NCBI RefSeq assembly: GCF_004010195.1
Contig: NC_057720.1
Location: 15,007,939 to 15,071,938 of the forward strand
DNA from: Chiloscyllium plagiosum
Taxonomy: Eukaryota
Direction: 5' to 3'
DNA: 64,000 nucleotides
Both the position numbers and the translations under genes were made by a program. Positions 47,951-61,570 of the stretch are shown here, piece by piece. Positions within the stretch are counted from its first letter, which is position 1. Each line of letters starts with the position of its first letter. Under the pieces are notes generated by a model, which saw only the letters and a program-made list of their open reading frames with translations, was not told where the DNA came from and ran no database searches.

Positions 47951-49258
47951 TAACACAAGCCTCTGTTTGTTTATTTTTAATGACAATTGATAGCTTGATC
48001 GTCATCACTGAGATTATAATTCTAGGAATATTAAAGATATAGAATTTCTGATTCCAAGTGCAAATATGTGGAATATCTGTCGCTGTGGCAGAACAACTAC
48101 TGGTATGTGTAATGGAAGCAGATCATTAATGGTTTGGGGAATTTTCAAAATCCAGCTTCTGCATTGATTATCTGTATCGAGTTAGACTAGCTATGCTAAC
48201 TTACCCCCATATAATGTGTGACTAATATGTGGAAGTCTCCTCAGGAAAGAGACATGGCTCTGAATTCGTTAACCAGAGATTTCTAAAAAGAAAACTCTGG
48301 ATGATTTGCATGGTCATTGTCCAGGAATTACCAAGTTTATCAAATGCAATTTTGTCTCTGCCCTGTGGTGGGCTCTGAACACAATATCTTGGAATATCTA
48401 GTGCAGGCTAATCTCTTGGATTTGGATTCTGAAGTCCTCTGTTATTTAGGGGGGAAGATATTTGGAACCTTCTTCTGTCATGATTCCGCACCCCCCCCCC
48501 CCACCCCAGTTGTCCTGTTTGAATGTGAGGAGGTATTAATAACAGGTTTCAGGCAGGACAAGATCTTCAGATTGTTCATCTCTTTGATATATATTTAATT
48601 ACCCTGAAACTCATTGTTAACTTGTCTAGTTCCTCAAAACACACGAGATTCTTTTCCCATTAGCTATTGGTTATTGTTTGGTTATGGGACCACTTAAGCT
48701 TGCCACTTTTATAGAATTTTCTCATGGTTGTGAAGATGACTGTTTCAATCATCTAAATTCTGTACTGAACCCAATTTGGTCTTACACTTGACGATGGAGA
48801 GATAAGCAGGATCTTTTAAGAAACTGGGGATTGATGACAATTTTGCTACTCCTGCAGTGTCTAAAGGATCTTCCGTTCTGGGTTGCTGGTTGTCTTTTGT
48901 TTCTCTAATTAATTTCTCACTACGTGAGGGAAGAAGTCTTGATGCAGTAGGCTGTTTAATTACCTTGGAGCCAAAAGTAGCAGGTTCAAATCCCAGCATG
49001 GGACTTAATGACAGAGTTCCTGATGTGCATAAACAAGTTAGCTATTAAACCTGCAAACTTTTCTAACCCACATCAGTAGTGGCAATAAGACTGGGGGAGA
49101 TTTCTGGTTGGCCACTTGGTGGAAAGAGTTGGAATCTTTAATAGTGATTTATTGCTACGAGTATTTATGAAAATACAGTAAACTGTGTACAGGTCGCCAT
49201 AAACTGGCAGCATTGTTAATCACATAAATTATGAAAAGAAACAAATCCATACAAATTT

Positions 49259-49391
49259 AGGAGAAAGTCAGGACTGCAGATGCTGGAGATCAGAGGCCTA
49301 ACTGATGAAGGGCTTATGCCCATAACGTCGATTTTCCTGCTCCTAGGATGCTGCCTGACCTGCTGTGCTTTTTCAGCACCACACTCTCGAC
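49259..49391. mobile_element. PLE family A element: short inverted tail plus pLTR, HHR mutated
   Basis: Contains CTGATGAagggcttatgcccataacgtc. Imperfect 12-bp TSD ccatacaaattt / ccatgcaaatct. Confidence 0.75.
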
Positions 49392-50054
49392 CCATGCAAA
49401 TCTCAGTTTTTATTCTGTCCATGGCTTTTTCTCTTGCTAAATGGCTACAGGATGCTGCTGCACTCCACAGCCGTCAAACCATTCCCTGAAGCTGTAACAC
49501 CAAGGAGGAAGCATGCTGAAGCAGCCCCTGCCACCACTGACCAGACCCAGAACGTCGCCTCGCTGCCAATACTCCAGCTGCTGCCATGACCAGGAGACTA
49601 TATCGCAACCCTCAAGGACCAGGACCCCTCTCTACTTCCGAGGACTGACGGGACCGTACAAATTAACTCTGGAGGACCGAGGGATCATTCACCCGAGGGA
49701 TCATTCACTCTGCCACTGTTGTAGATGTTGCCAAAATACCAGAGGAAAAGGACGGACCTCAGTTGGTCGACCCTGGAACGGTTGGTCAAGCTGCAACCAC
49801 CATGGTTATGAGGGTTGGACCAGATCCTCTGCTCAACGTCTCCCTACAATCATCCTCCACCACCGCAGCCGCAGAAAGAAGAAAAGATTAATTCAGAAGT
49901 TAAATGAAGAGAATAAATAAGAAAAAGAATGATGCGCTTGGTCATGTGAGAGAGAGTGGACATGCTGGGAGCCGGGATTTACCTTACCACTTGCTGCAGG
50001 CCCAGTCTAGCTGGCCATCTAATGAGGCACTCACCAACCACAATGATGCATAAA

Positions 50055-51378
50055 GACAAAGAACAGAACAAAGAAAATTTACAGCACAGGAACAGGTCCT
50101 TCGGCCCTCCAAGCCTGAGCCGATCCAAATCTACTGTCTAAACCTGTCACCCAATTCCTAAGCATCTGTATCCCTCTGCTCCCCACCTACTCATGCATCT
50201 GTCCAGACGCATCTTAAATTAATCTACCGTGCCTGCCTCTACCACCTCTGCTGGCAATGCATTCCAGGCACCTACCACCCTCTGTGTAAAGTATTTGCCG
50301 CATGTATCCCCTTAAACTTTTCACCTCTGACCTTGAAAGCGTCACCACTCATTATCGAATCCTTCACCCTGGGAGAAAGCTTGTCTCTATCCATTCTGTC
50401 CATATCCCTCATGATTTTGTAAACCTCAATCAGGTCCCCCCTCAATCTCCTTTTTTCTAATGAAAACAGACCTAACCTACACAACATCTCTTCATAGCTA
50501 GCACCTTCCATACCAGGCAATATCCTTGTAAACCTTCTCTGCACCATCTCCAAAGCGTCCACATTGTTTTGGTAATGTGGTGACCAGAACAGTATACTGT
50601 ATTCTAATTGCAGCCGAAACAATGTCTTGTACAATTTTAACATGACATGCCAGCTCTTATACTCAATACCCCGTCCAATGAAGGCAAGCATACTATATGC
50701 CTTCTTGACCACTCTATCCACCTATCCATATTTCAGAGCTCCTGCCTAATTTTGATATAATTGGCTTTGGCCCAGTTTAGTACCCTTCTCTTAGGACCAC
50801 TCTCTTCTTTATCTACGAGTATTCTAAAACTTACAGAATTGTGGTCACTGTTCCCAAAGAAATCGCCCACTGTAACTTCTACCACTTGTCTTGGCTCGTT
50901 CCCCAGTACCAGGTCCAATATGGCCCCTTCCCTCGTCAGACTATAGACATACTGCTCTAGAAAACTCTCCTGGACGTTTCTTACAAATTCTGCCCCATCC
51001 AGACCTCTGATGCTAAGTGTATCCCAGTCAATGTTGGGAAAATTAAAATCTCTCATCACCACTACCCTGTTGCCTCTACATCTTTCCATAATCTGTTTAC
51101 CTATTTGTTCTTCTACCTCATGCTCACTGTTGGGAGGTCTGTAATACAGCCCCATCAATGTAACTGCACCCTTCTTATTTCTCAGCTCCACCCATAAAGC
51201 ATCACTATCCAAGACTGCCATAGCGTCCTCCTTTAGCACAGCCGTGATACCATCCCTGACCAGCAATGCAACTCCACCCCCACTTTTACTTCCCTCCCTG
51301 TCCTGTCTGAAGTATCTATATCCTGGAACATTTAGTTGCCATTCATGCCCTTCCTTCAACCAAGTCTCTGTGATTGAA
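50055..51378 (-). mobile_element. CR1 with internal deletion: APE endonuclease fused directly to the ORF2 C-terminus
   Basis: ORF 50733-51359 (YYRPPNS, DFNFPNIDW, SDHN) is adjacent to ORF 50272-50721 (LEMVQRRFTR). The RT core is missing. Confidence 0.88.
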
Positions 51379-52437
51379 TGTTTAAATCAATCATATTAAA
51401 GGCATTCAGCGCCTCTTTTGCCCACAGTTGTTGACAGACACGTGCTAATTCATTAGTTCGAAGGGTGTGGTGCAGTAGCTAGTAAGCAGAAGGCTACAAG
51501 AGTTCTTGCAGCATGGAAGGAACCCATCCTGGTTGTCTTAAGCCAGGGTTATCCAGATTAATTTTTGCATTGTTGATCTTGAGTGGCAGTAATCACAAAC
51601 TAATTATCAAACCTGAGATCTGCTGTTCTTCACAAAGCAATTACATGTTGCTAAGTGAACCACTGGAGAATTTGTTGGACAATTAACTGATTCTTCATCA
51701 CTTTAAAAGATGAGTCAAGTGGCCAGTGGTTACGTATCCTTGCAAACTGACAAATATAATACTTAATGCAACAGAAGAATTTGATTAGCAACACTTGTAT
51801 GATTGGGTTCCGGACATTCAGTGGCTATGCCATCTTGTAGCAAGCCAGATTGTCGCAATTTTATTTTTGCAGAATAACTCAAGCAATGTTGCTGCGATGG
51901 CAAATCAAAATCATCATTCCAGTACTCTGTCTGGTATTCAATCATGAAACTTCTATAATATATTTATACATGTTGGTGAATATCAATTTCATTCATGGTT
52001 TACTGGCAATCCAAACAAAGTTGTATAAGAAAACAGCCTTTTGTATTGTGAAAACCCACTTTCTTTCCTGAAAATATGCATCTACTGATGCAGTACAATT
52101 TCTCAACCTTGCATTCATTGTTCCCATGGTGACAGGAGATTGCCTTCCCTGATACACTTAAGCTTTTGTTTTGAAACCCTGCAGTGAAAAAGCTCTGGTT
52201 AATTTTGTATTTGTGTTGCTCACACCTTTATCCTGTCTTCTGATTCTGAGTTGATCAGTTATTTGGGCCTGTTCTAGACTTTCTTCTGATAATATTATTA
52301 AGGCCACACAATCAATTTAGCTGCAAAAATCTCTGTCTTTCATTTCCTCAGGAAACCAAATTTATAAATGCAAGCTTCATTGTCCAGTTCTGTCCTTGAC
52401 ATATATCTTTGCCTTCCTCCTGGCTCCTCAGTAGCGT

Positions 52438-52510
52438 GTTTGGTTTGGAGGTAGAAAATTCTCCCCTGGTTTGGTTTGGAGGTAGCAAATTCACCCCTGG
52501 TTTGGTTGGG
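52438..52510. repeat. 31-bp tandem repeat, about 2.3 copies
   Basis: gtttggtttggaggtag(a/c)aaattc(t/a)cccctg at 52438 and 52469, partial at 52500. Confidence 0.8.
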
Positions 52511-52999
52511 GATGTTGAATAACGACTAAATCATTCAATATAAACTAGGGAGAAATGACAGTTTGGACACAGCTGGTGCAGAGAACGTGCCAGGTTCACT
52601 TTACAACTTTAACAAAAAGTAGAATGATGGCATCCATCTATGAGTTACACACATTTGAGTAATGTTTGGGGAACAGCTGGATTTAATGCCTTTTAAACAA
52701 GGTCAACCAGGTGTCCTTGGGTTAAACTGCCTAGCAACAGCTTTTTTTTTTGTTTACAGTTAGGTTGCAGTTTCTCAGAATAAAGAGCAAAAGAATTGAG
52801 TCAAATTGTTCCTCCATTATGGTTTGGACTCTTGGTCTGCAGAATTTGTGTTTTGTCTATTTCCCACCATGTTAGATCTGTAAAACCGTCTATCCTTGTT
52901 GTGAATTAATGCCTTCAATTTAAAGGGGATAGTTTTTAACAATAACATTTACTCCATTTTCTCTCTTGGTAGAGGATGTTTGTTTAAAACAAGCTTATT

Positions 53000-55172
53000 A
53001 TAGAGTCAGAGATGTACAGCACAGAAACAGACCCATCAGTCCATGCTGACCAGATATCCTAAATTTAATCTAGTCCCATTTGCGAGCACTTGGCCCATAT
53101 CCCTTGAAACCATTCCTATTCATATACCCATCCAGATGGTTCTTAAATGTTGTGATTGTACCAGCCACTACTCTTTGCGTGAAAAAATTGCCCCTTAGGT
53201 CTCTTTTTTTTAATTCTTTCCTGTCTCACCCTAAACCTATGCTCTCTAGTTCTGGACTCCCCCCAATCTGGGGAAAAGACCTTGTCTATTTATCCTATCC
53301 ATGCCCCTCATGATTTTATAGACCCTTTTAAGGTCACCCCTCAGCCTCCGATGCTCCAGGGAAAACAGCCCCAGCTTATGCAGCCTCTCCCCACAGCTCA
53401 AACTCTCCAACATTGGCAACAACCTTGTAAGTCTTTTCTGAACCCTTCCAAATTTCACAACATCGTTCCAATAGGAAGGAGACCAGAATTGCACACAATA
53501 TTCCAAAAGTGGCCGAACCAATGTCCTGTACAGCTGCAACATGACCTCCCAACTCCTGTACTCAATGCACTGACCAATAAAGGAAAGCATACCAATAACC
53601 TTCTTCACTGTCCTATCTACCTGAACTCCATTTGCAAGGAACTATGAACCTGCGCACTCAGTTAAAAATCACACAACACTAGGTTATAGTCCAACACTAG
53701 ATTTATTTAGAAGCACTAGCTTTGGAGCAGCACAACCACCTGATGAAGAGGCAGCACCTTGAAAGCTAGTGCTTCCAAATAAACCTGGTGGACTATAATG
53801 TGGTGTTGTGATTTTTAACATTGTCCAAGCCAGTCCAACACCAGTAGCCCCAGATCCTGCACTCCAACATCTCTTTGTTCAGCAACACTCCTTAGAACAT
53901 TACCATGAAGTGTATAACTCCTGCCCTGATTTGCCTTTCCAAAATGCAGCACCTCACATTTATCTAAATTAAACTCCATCTGCCACTCCTCGGCCATTGG
54001 CCCATCTGATGGGAGATGTAGTCTATGGGTAGGCAGGAGATGTAGTCTATGGGTACTTTAACAAGGCCTTTGATAAGGTCCCTCATGGCAGACAGATACA
54101 TGGTGAGCTAATGGTGATACAGGAATCCATGGTGAACTAATAAGACAAACAAAAAAATGGCTGAGTCGTTGAAGCGGAGGAAGAGTGATTTTCTAACTGA
54201 AGATCTGTGACTAGTAGTGTTTCGTAGGAATCAGTGCTGGAACCCCTGTTGTTTGTAATATATAAATGATCGGAGGAGAATTGGAAAGTTTGCAGATGAC
54301 ACAAAGGGGAGCTGCAGACAGTAAGGAGGATTGCAGAGGGTGCAGCAGGGTAGAGATAAACTGGAGATTTGAGCAAGGAAATGGGAGATGGAGTTTAATC
54401 TGGACAAAGGTGTGATGATGCATTTTGGGAAATCTAATGCAGGAGGGAAGTATACAGTAAATGGCAGAACATTTAGTAGCATCAACAGAGGGATCTCGGT
54501 GTAAAGGTCCACAATTCCCTGACCGTGGCAACACAAGTGGATAAGGTGGTCAAAAAGGCATATGACATTCTTGCTTTCATCATACAGTGCATGGAAAATA
54601 AAAACTGGTAAGTTGTGTTGGAGCTATGTAGAACTTTAGTTAGGCCACATTTGGAATATTATGTGTAGTTCTGTTCACCACTCCACAAGGAGGATGTGGA
54701 GGCTTGACAGTGTACAGAAACAGTTAAAGTAGGGTTGTTGCCTGGTTTAAAGGGTATTCTGAGGAGAGTTTGAACAAACTTGGACATTGAAGGCTGGGGT
54801 CAACTTGATAGAAGTTTACAAAATTGTGAGAGAGATGAATAGAATGGACAGTTGGCATCTTTCTCCCAGGTTAGAAATGTTAATTACTAGGGGATATAAT
54901 CTTAAGGTACAAGTGGGTAAATTTAAAGGAGATGAAGCAAGTTTTTTTTAAAGAAGGTGGTAGGTGCCTGGGGTGCACTGCCAGAGGAGATGGTGGAGGC
55001 TAATATAGTAGCAGCATCTAAGACAGATCTTGACTGATATTTGAAGAGGCAGGCAACAGAGGGATATGGACCACAGAGGCAAAAGGCATTTCTTTTCAAA
55101 CGTTGTCCTATGTCGGTGCTGTCATGATGGGCCAAAGGTCCTCTTCCTGTGTTGTACTGTTCTTTGTTCTGT
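53000..55172. mobile_element. Two divergently oriented CR1 fragments (53000-54010 on -, 54015-55172 on +)
   Basis: Minus ORF 53246-53608 reads LVRPLLEYCVQFWSP. The plus strand has KAFDKVPH and KFADD motifs. Confidence 0.85.
53660..53855. mobile_element. Palindromic PLE-like family D element nested in CR1
   Basis: Inverted arms gttaaaaatcac... / ...gtgatttttaac. HHR at 53737-53771 (+): cac CTGATGA a gagg cagca cctt GAA AGCT A gtg, then AATAAA. Confidence 0.75.
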
Positions 55173-56200
55173 TACCTTTCCTTCACCAGGTCAAAATCCT
55201 GGAACTTCCTTCTGAACAGCACAGGAAGTGACCTGTAACATGTGGATTGCAATGGTTCAGAGCTCACTAGGGCAATTAGGGATGGGTAATAAATGCTGGC
55301 TGAACCATCAATGCACTCAGCCCATAAACAAATGAAGGAAAACATCCTATATTTGTCTTTGTCTTCAGTAAAAGAGCCAACAGGCATTTTGAATGCTTCT
55401 AATCAAAGCTGACTTACTCCTGATTATTTTAAGTGTTAAAAAATTGGTTTGCTATGATTTTAATTTTTAACTCTGGACATAATTCTCTGGATGCGTGACT
55501 TGGAGCTTTAGTATAATTCTTGAAGCTTTCAGAAACATCTTGCAAACTTTGGCAACATAACTTGTTTTTCACTCAGGATAAAAAGCTGTAAGCAACTTGT
55601 TAATTGTCCTGTTCCTCGGTAAACAGTTCTATACTACTGACTTTGGGATTAGTATTGGTTTTCCCCAGATTACATTTCAGGACTAGTTTGGGACAGAGTG
55701 AATTTGTTTTGAATCAAGTTAATATTCACCATACCAAATATGGCATTTTAAAAATAGGAACTGCATTTGTTCCAAATAGTTCTATCTTTGTCATTCTTGA
55801 AAAATTCATCTGAAATGCATCATGCACATTCTTTTTCTTCAACATATTCTCAACCAAAACTTTAGGTGTCTTGGCTTTCCTTTCTGGAATGTACCTAGCC
55901 TGTACCTGAAACATTCTATTAAAGACCATCTGTTCTGTGCATGTTGGCCCAAGACCTTGAGAAATAGGAACCATTTGTCCGGTGACCCTTCCTCAGAACA
56001 GTTCACTGGATCCGAAACGTAACTTTGATTTCTCTTCACAGATGCTGCCAGACCTGCTGAGCTTTTCCAGCAACTCCTGTTTTTGAATGTAACATGTTTC
56101 ATTCATTGCTTTAAAATGTCTACACCATGCTTACAGCTCTGGCCTCCAGATCCTTCTGCTGTTTACTTTCCCTGAATCTACATGCAGGCTTAGCCTGTTA

Positions 56201-56555
56201 AGGGGAGGTAATGGACTAGTGGCATAATCATGGATTGTTAATCCAGAGACCTAGTTATGTTCTGGGGACCTGGGTTTGAATTCCACCATGACAGATGGTG
56301 GAATTTGAATTCAATAAAAATCCGGAACTAAGAGATTAATGATGATCATGAATCCATTGTTGATTGTCGGGAAAATCCCATCTAGCTCACTAACGTTCTT
56401 CTCCTTTAGGGAGGGAATCTACCATTCTTACCTGATCTGGCCTGCATGTGACTCCAGACCCACAGCAATGTTGTTGTCTCTTAACAATTAGGGATGGACA
56501 ATAGATGCTTACCTAGCCAGTGATGCCTCATCCTGTGAAAGATTTTTTTTAAAAA
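56201..56555 (+). mobile_element. SacSINE1/DeuSINE-like SINE
   Basis: Similarity to 12693-13022; B box ggtttgaattcc. Confidence 0.72.
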
Positions 56556-57164
56556 GCACAGTGAGCAAAGATCAGTTAACAAAGCTCGCATGATCAAATA
56601 CACAACAATATTTTCAGTAATCAGCCACTAGATTCTGAATGCCCTGAAGAGTGTCATCATATTTTATTTCTCCATTCTAACCAAATGAATTCTCTCCTTA
56701 ACCCCTCAAATATAGCCCCTTTCTAAAATTTCCCAATCACTGTTGCTGCACTCACCTTTCTTTCCCTATCTTTTCTGACCACATTACAGTGTTAAGCACC
56801 CCGTCCTCCTCATATTTAAGCCATGTTTCTGTCGTTGTCACTGCATTAAATTCCCAACTTCATCTCACTCCCCGCCACCCCCCTCATATGAAGAGGAAGA
56901 GGTATCGTGGGGAGGATAGGCGGAAAATGAACCAGTGGGGGAGGGGTGGAGTTGCAGAGTGGAAGGAGAAGCATGGTGGTGCAAACACAGGCGATTATAT
57001 TTGAAGGGCAGGCCTATATAAAGGCTGGCTTTGCTGGATCTGGGCAGAGAATGTTGTGTTGGTACCTAATAGAATCTGAATCTGGCTATGTATCAGAATG
57101 ACTCATCAATAATTGAACTGTCTCCAGATACTGAAATCTACTGGTTAAAAACCCAAAATTTAAA

Positions 57165-57485
57165 AAATATTCATTCACGGAATGCAGGTGTTGCTGCCTT
57201 GGTCAGCATTTATTGATCACTTCTAATCATGCAGAAGACAGTTAAGAATCAACCACATTGCTGTGGGTCTGGCGTCGCATTTGGCCCAGACTAGGTAAGG
57301 ATGACAATTTCCTCTCCTAAAGGACATGAGAGAACCAGATGGGTTTTTCTTTCCTGACAATTAACAATGGATTCATGGTCATCATTCGATTCTTAATTCC
57401 AGATGCTTTTATTGAATTCAAATTCCACTATCTACCATGGCATTAACAGTCCAATGATATATTATGACTAGGCCATCCCCTCCCC
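57165..57485 (-). mobile_element. SacSINE1/DeuSINE-like SINE
   Basis: Reverse-complement similarity to 56201-56555. Confidence 0.72.
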
Positions 57486-57819
57486 TGAGGAGGTCAAAAT
57501 AAAGAGGTCTGAAATTCTGATCTTGACATGAATCAGACCTTATTTCCTACTGTGGATGTGCATTATATATAACTAACATGTTACAGCCAATATGCAATCT
57601 AAGTTAATGCTGAAAGCCACTGTTCAAAAATATCCTGTTGACAGTGCCAATTATAAAATCACCACCACCAATCATTGGATTATCTGGTTAAAAATGTATG
57701 TAACTCTCTTCTATCTGTTTGCCATCATGTGCATATTTTGTTTACTTTTTAAGATTATGTTCTCTTGCTTATTCTGTAACATACTACTTATCTATCTTTA
57801 TTACTTATTGTAAATATGC

Positions 57820-58580
57820 ATTTAGGAATGAGGAGGAGAAATTTCTTCCACTAGAGCAGTGAGCCTGTGGAATTTACCAGCCCAAAACAGTTGAGGCCAA
57901 AACATTGAATGTTTTTAAGAAGAAGTGAGATATAGTTCTTGGAGCCAGAAGGATCATTGGGTATAGGGAGACAATGGGAACAGGGTACTGAGTTGGCTAA
58001 TCAACCGTGATTATAATCAATATAGGAAAGATACTATTAAGCTGGAGAGGGTTAAGAAGAGACTTAGCAAGGTGTTGTCGGGAATGAAAGGTTTGAGCTA
58101 TAAAGAAAGGATGGATAGGCTGGGACTTCTTTCACTGGAGCATAGAAAGTTGAGGAGTGACTTTATAGAGGTTTATAAAATCCTAAGGGGTATAGATAAG
58201 GTGAATGACAGGTGTCTTTTCCCGAGGGTGGGGGATTTCAAGACTAGGGGGGATATTTTTAAGGTGAGAGAAGAGAAATTTAAAGAAGACATGAGGGGCA
58301 ACTTTTTTAACACAGTGGTTCATGTGTGGAATGAACTTCCACAGGAGGTAGCGGTTGTGGGTAAAGTTACAAAGTTTAAAAGACATTTGGATAAGTACAT
58401 GTATAAGAAATATTTGGAGGAATATGGGCCAAGCGCAGGCAAGTAGAACTAGTGCAGTTTGGGATTATGGCAGCATTGACTGGTTGGACCGAAGGCTCTG
58501 TATGACTGACTCTCTATGAATGACAGAGGGGACTTAAAGGGCTGAATGGCCTAATCCAGCTCCTATTTTCTGCTGCTATG
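57820..58580 (+). mobile_element. CR1 3' fragment (about 58020-58520) nested in an older CR1 3' end
   Basis: ORF 58072-58446 is a CR1 ORF2 C-terminus. Confidence 0.8.
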
Positions 58581-58810
58581 CATCTGAGTCCCTCCTCTTC
58601 CACCCCACACTGCAACAAACTTCAGTAATTCAAGAAGGCAACTCATCACCATAATTTCAGGGCAATTGGGGTTAGGCAATAAATGCCAGTCTGCCAGTGA
58701 CCTCCACATCCCATGAGCAACCTTTTAAAAAGGCTTTCTGCCAGTTTGACATCAAATTAATCCACTATTTTGAGCCATCGTTTACAAAGGGTAGGGGCTG
58801 AAATCTGCGC

Positions 58811-59033
58811 AGAGGAGAAAGTGAGAACTGCTGATGCTGGAGATCAGAGTCGAGACTGTGTTCCTGGAAAAGCACAGCAGGTCAGGCAGCATCCGAGGAG
58901 CAGGAGAATCAACGTTTCGGGCATAAGCCCTTCATCAGGATTCCTGATGAAGGGTTTATGCCCAAAATGTTGATTCTCCTGCCCCTTGGATGCTGCCTGA
59001 CCTTCTGTGCTTTTCAAGCACCATACTCTCAAA
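58811..59033. mobile_element. Palindromic PLE family A element
   Basis: Arms meet at about 58940. TSD gctgaaatctgc at 58797-58808 and 59034-59045. Minus-strand HHR at 58906-58943: GAAUC CUGAUGA A GGGC UUAU GCCC GAA ACGU U GAUUC. Confidence 0.85.
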
Positions 59034-59539
59034 GCTGAAATCTGCACCTCTATCCACAAGACATCCCCAGAATAAAGAAGGCCATTTAGGCAACATTAAC
59101 TGGTCCATCCAGAAAGTTGCTCCATTCCTTCTTCATAACACCACCTATTTGCTTCTTGCATGAACATTCCAATATTGTCTCTGGGAATATTGGCTGTGTA
59201 TTGTTTCAGCAAATATGATTCAATAGATTCAAAATCTACCTGTTTTACTTTGTTAGTTTACACATCCCACATACTTTTTGTTGCATTACCTCCTTCCAAG
59301 ATGGAAAAGGTCTTTACACAAGTATAGTTTTCTTATCTTCAGAAAGGAATCTAATATCCAACCTGGTTACACTTTTAATGCCATCAATAGTCACTTGTTT
59401 CACAGCACTTTATCTTCTGTTAAAAGTGATCATCCTATTGTACATCCAACATCGAAAATTTCAGCTCTCCTGTCTTTTGATGGGTGAAGTAAATTTACCA
59501 GGTTTCCTGATCCATATAAAGAATCCATCCACCAGGCCC

Positions 59540-60160
59540 GCTGTCAAGGATAGGCCGCCAGCATTCTCAAAGATCCATCCCACCCTGGCAATGTTTTTCT
59601 ACAACCTCTACTATCAGGGAGAAGGTACAGAAGCCTGAACACATGCACCAGCCAGTTTCGAAACAGTTTGATTAGATTACTCACAGTGTGGAAACAGGCC
59701 CTTCGGCCCAACAAGTCCACACCAACCCTCCAAAGAGCAACCCACCCAAACCCATTCCCCTACATTTACCCCTTCACCTAACACTATGGACAATTTTGCA
59801 TGTCCAATTCACCTACCCTGCACATTTTTGGACCATGTGAGGAAACCAGAGCACCCAGAGGAAACCCACGCAGACACGGGGGAGAAGGTGCAAACTCCAC
59901 ACAGGCAGTTGCCTGAAGCAGGAGTTGAAGCCGGGTCTCTGGCGCTGTAAGGCAGCAGTGCTAACCACTGTGCCACCATACCCTACTGTTGTTAGAATAC
60001 TGAATGGACTCTCAAACTCTTAACATTCACATGTTTCTGTGTTTTTGTTTTTGCCGCTGTTTACCTATCTATGCTGCTTAACTCTGTGATCTGCATTGCT
60101 CGCAAGACAAAGCTTTTCAGTGTGCCTAGGTACCGTGACAATAAATTCAATTCAATTCAA
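59540..60160 (+). mobile_element. Rex1/Babar-like LINE 3' end interrupted by a SINE
   Basis: Reads SILKDPSHPGNVFLQPLLSGRRYRSLNT..FRNSF[SINE]YPTVVRILN. Ends AATAAA plus (ttcaa)3. Confidence 0.75.
59668..59978 (-). mobile_element. HE1-like V-SINE
   Basis: Reverse-complement similarity to 16895-17217. Confidence 0.87.
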
Positions 60161-60262
60161 TATTTGCTCCTTGAAATAGCTAACAACCAATTAAGTGGCT
60201 GTTACTACAAAGCTATTAGTGCTCACTGTACGAGTTAGCTGTCATTGGCTGCTATTTGAGAA

Positions 60263-60595
60263 CAGCACAGTGGCTCAGTAGTTAGTGCTGCTGCCTCACA
60301 GCGCCAGGGACCCGGGTTCAATCCTATCTTCAGGCAACCGTCCGTGCGGAGTTTCCACATTCTCCCCCTGTCTGCATGGGTTTGCTCTGATTTCCTCCCA
60401 CAGTCCAAAGGTGGGCAGGTCAGGTGGAATGGCCATGCTAAATTGCCATAGCATCCAAGGATGTGCATGTTAAGTGGATCAGCCATGGGAAATGCAGGGT
60501 TACAGGAATAGGTTAGGGGGGTGGAATGCTCCTTGGAGGATCAGTGTGGGCTTGATGGGCTCAATGGCCTGCTCCCACAATGTAGGGATTCTATC
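60263..60595 (+). mobile_element. HE1-like V-SINE
   Basis: Similarity to 16895-17217. Confidence 0.82.
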
Positions 60596-61570
60596 ATGCT
60601 GTGTTTTCTACATCAGTATGCGCACTTCAGAAATACTTCATGGTTGCACGGCACTAAACGTTATGATAGACTCAGGATAACTCTAGGTTCATTAATTACC
60701 AAAAACTTTTATTAACCAACTGGACAGGTAAGTAGAGCCTCTACTTGACATCTGATCTCAGTAACAGCACTGTGAATGAACTGCTCCCAGCGTACGATGT
60801 TTAACACCGAAGGTCGATTTGAACTTTCAACTGTGTGACTGAGGTCTAGGGTACACGAACATTTCCAGTCCATACTGTTGCTCGACTTAGGTGCTCTCAA
60901 TGCTGTGGGTTTATTTTTGGCCGAAAGTAGTACAATCTGCTTGCTCTGAGGTTATTCCTTTTTAACTCCCTCTTTTAATTGTTACTCTTTGTTTTAACTG
61001 CTGAATTCTAAATTCAAGACTTTGCTGCACTAGTGCCTGCTGTGTCCTTTTAAGTTATGAATGCAGCTAAAATTGAAATTCAGATTTGTCCTACCTAAAC
61101 CGCTGGGTCAAAATGACACAAAAGTCCAAAGTCCCAGGCTGGTTTACAAGTTAGCTTTGTGATGATTTTGACCTTAGATGGAACCAATGTTTGCTTCATT
61201 CTGAAAGAAGTCAGGTTTGGTTGACCACTGTAAATTATTAACTAATCTCAGGTTCTGACAAACAACTCAATTTATAATCATTGGGCTTGTTGTTGAGCTG
61301 ATATTTAGTATTGGAATGTCACCCTGTTTTCAAAATACAATCTACTTTTTGAACGCTACAAACCTCACCCTAATTATCCCATTCGTAATTATACTTTTGA
61401 TTTGAGTTATTACTGTCATGTGTACCAAGGTACAGTGAAAAGTGTTGTTTTACATGTTTTACAGACATATCATACTAATATAAAGTGCATTAGGGTAACA
61501 GAACAGAGTGCAGGATACAGTATTACAGCCATAGAGAAGGTGCAGAGAGATCAACATTAATATTAAAGAG

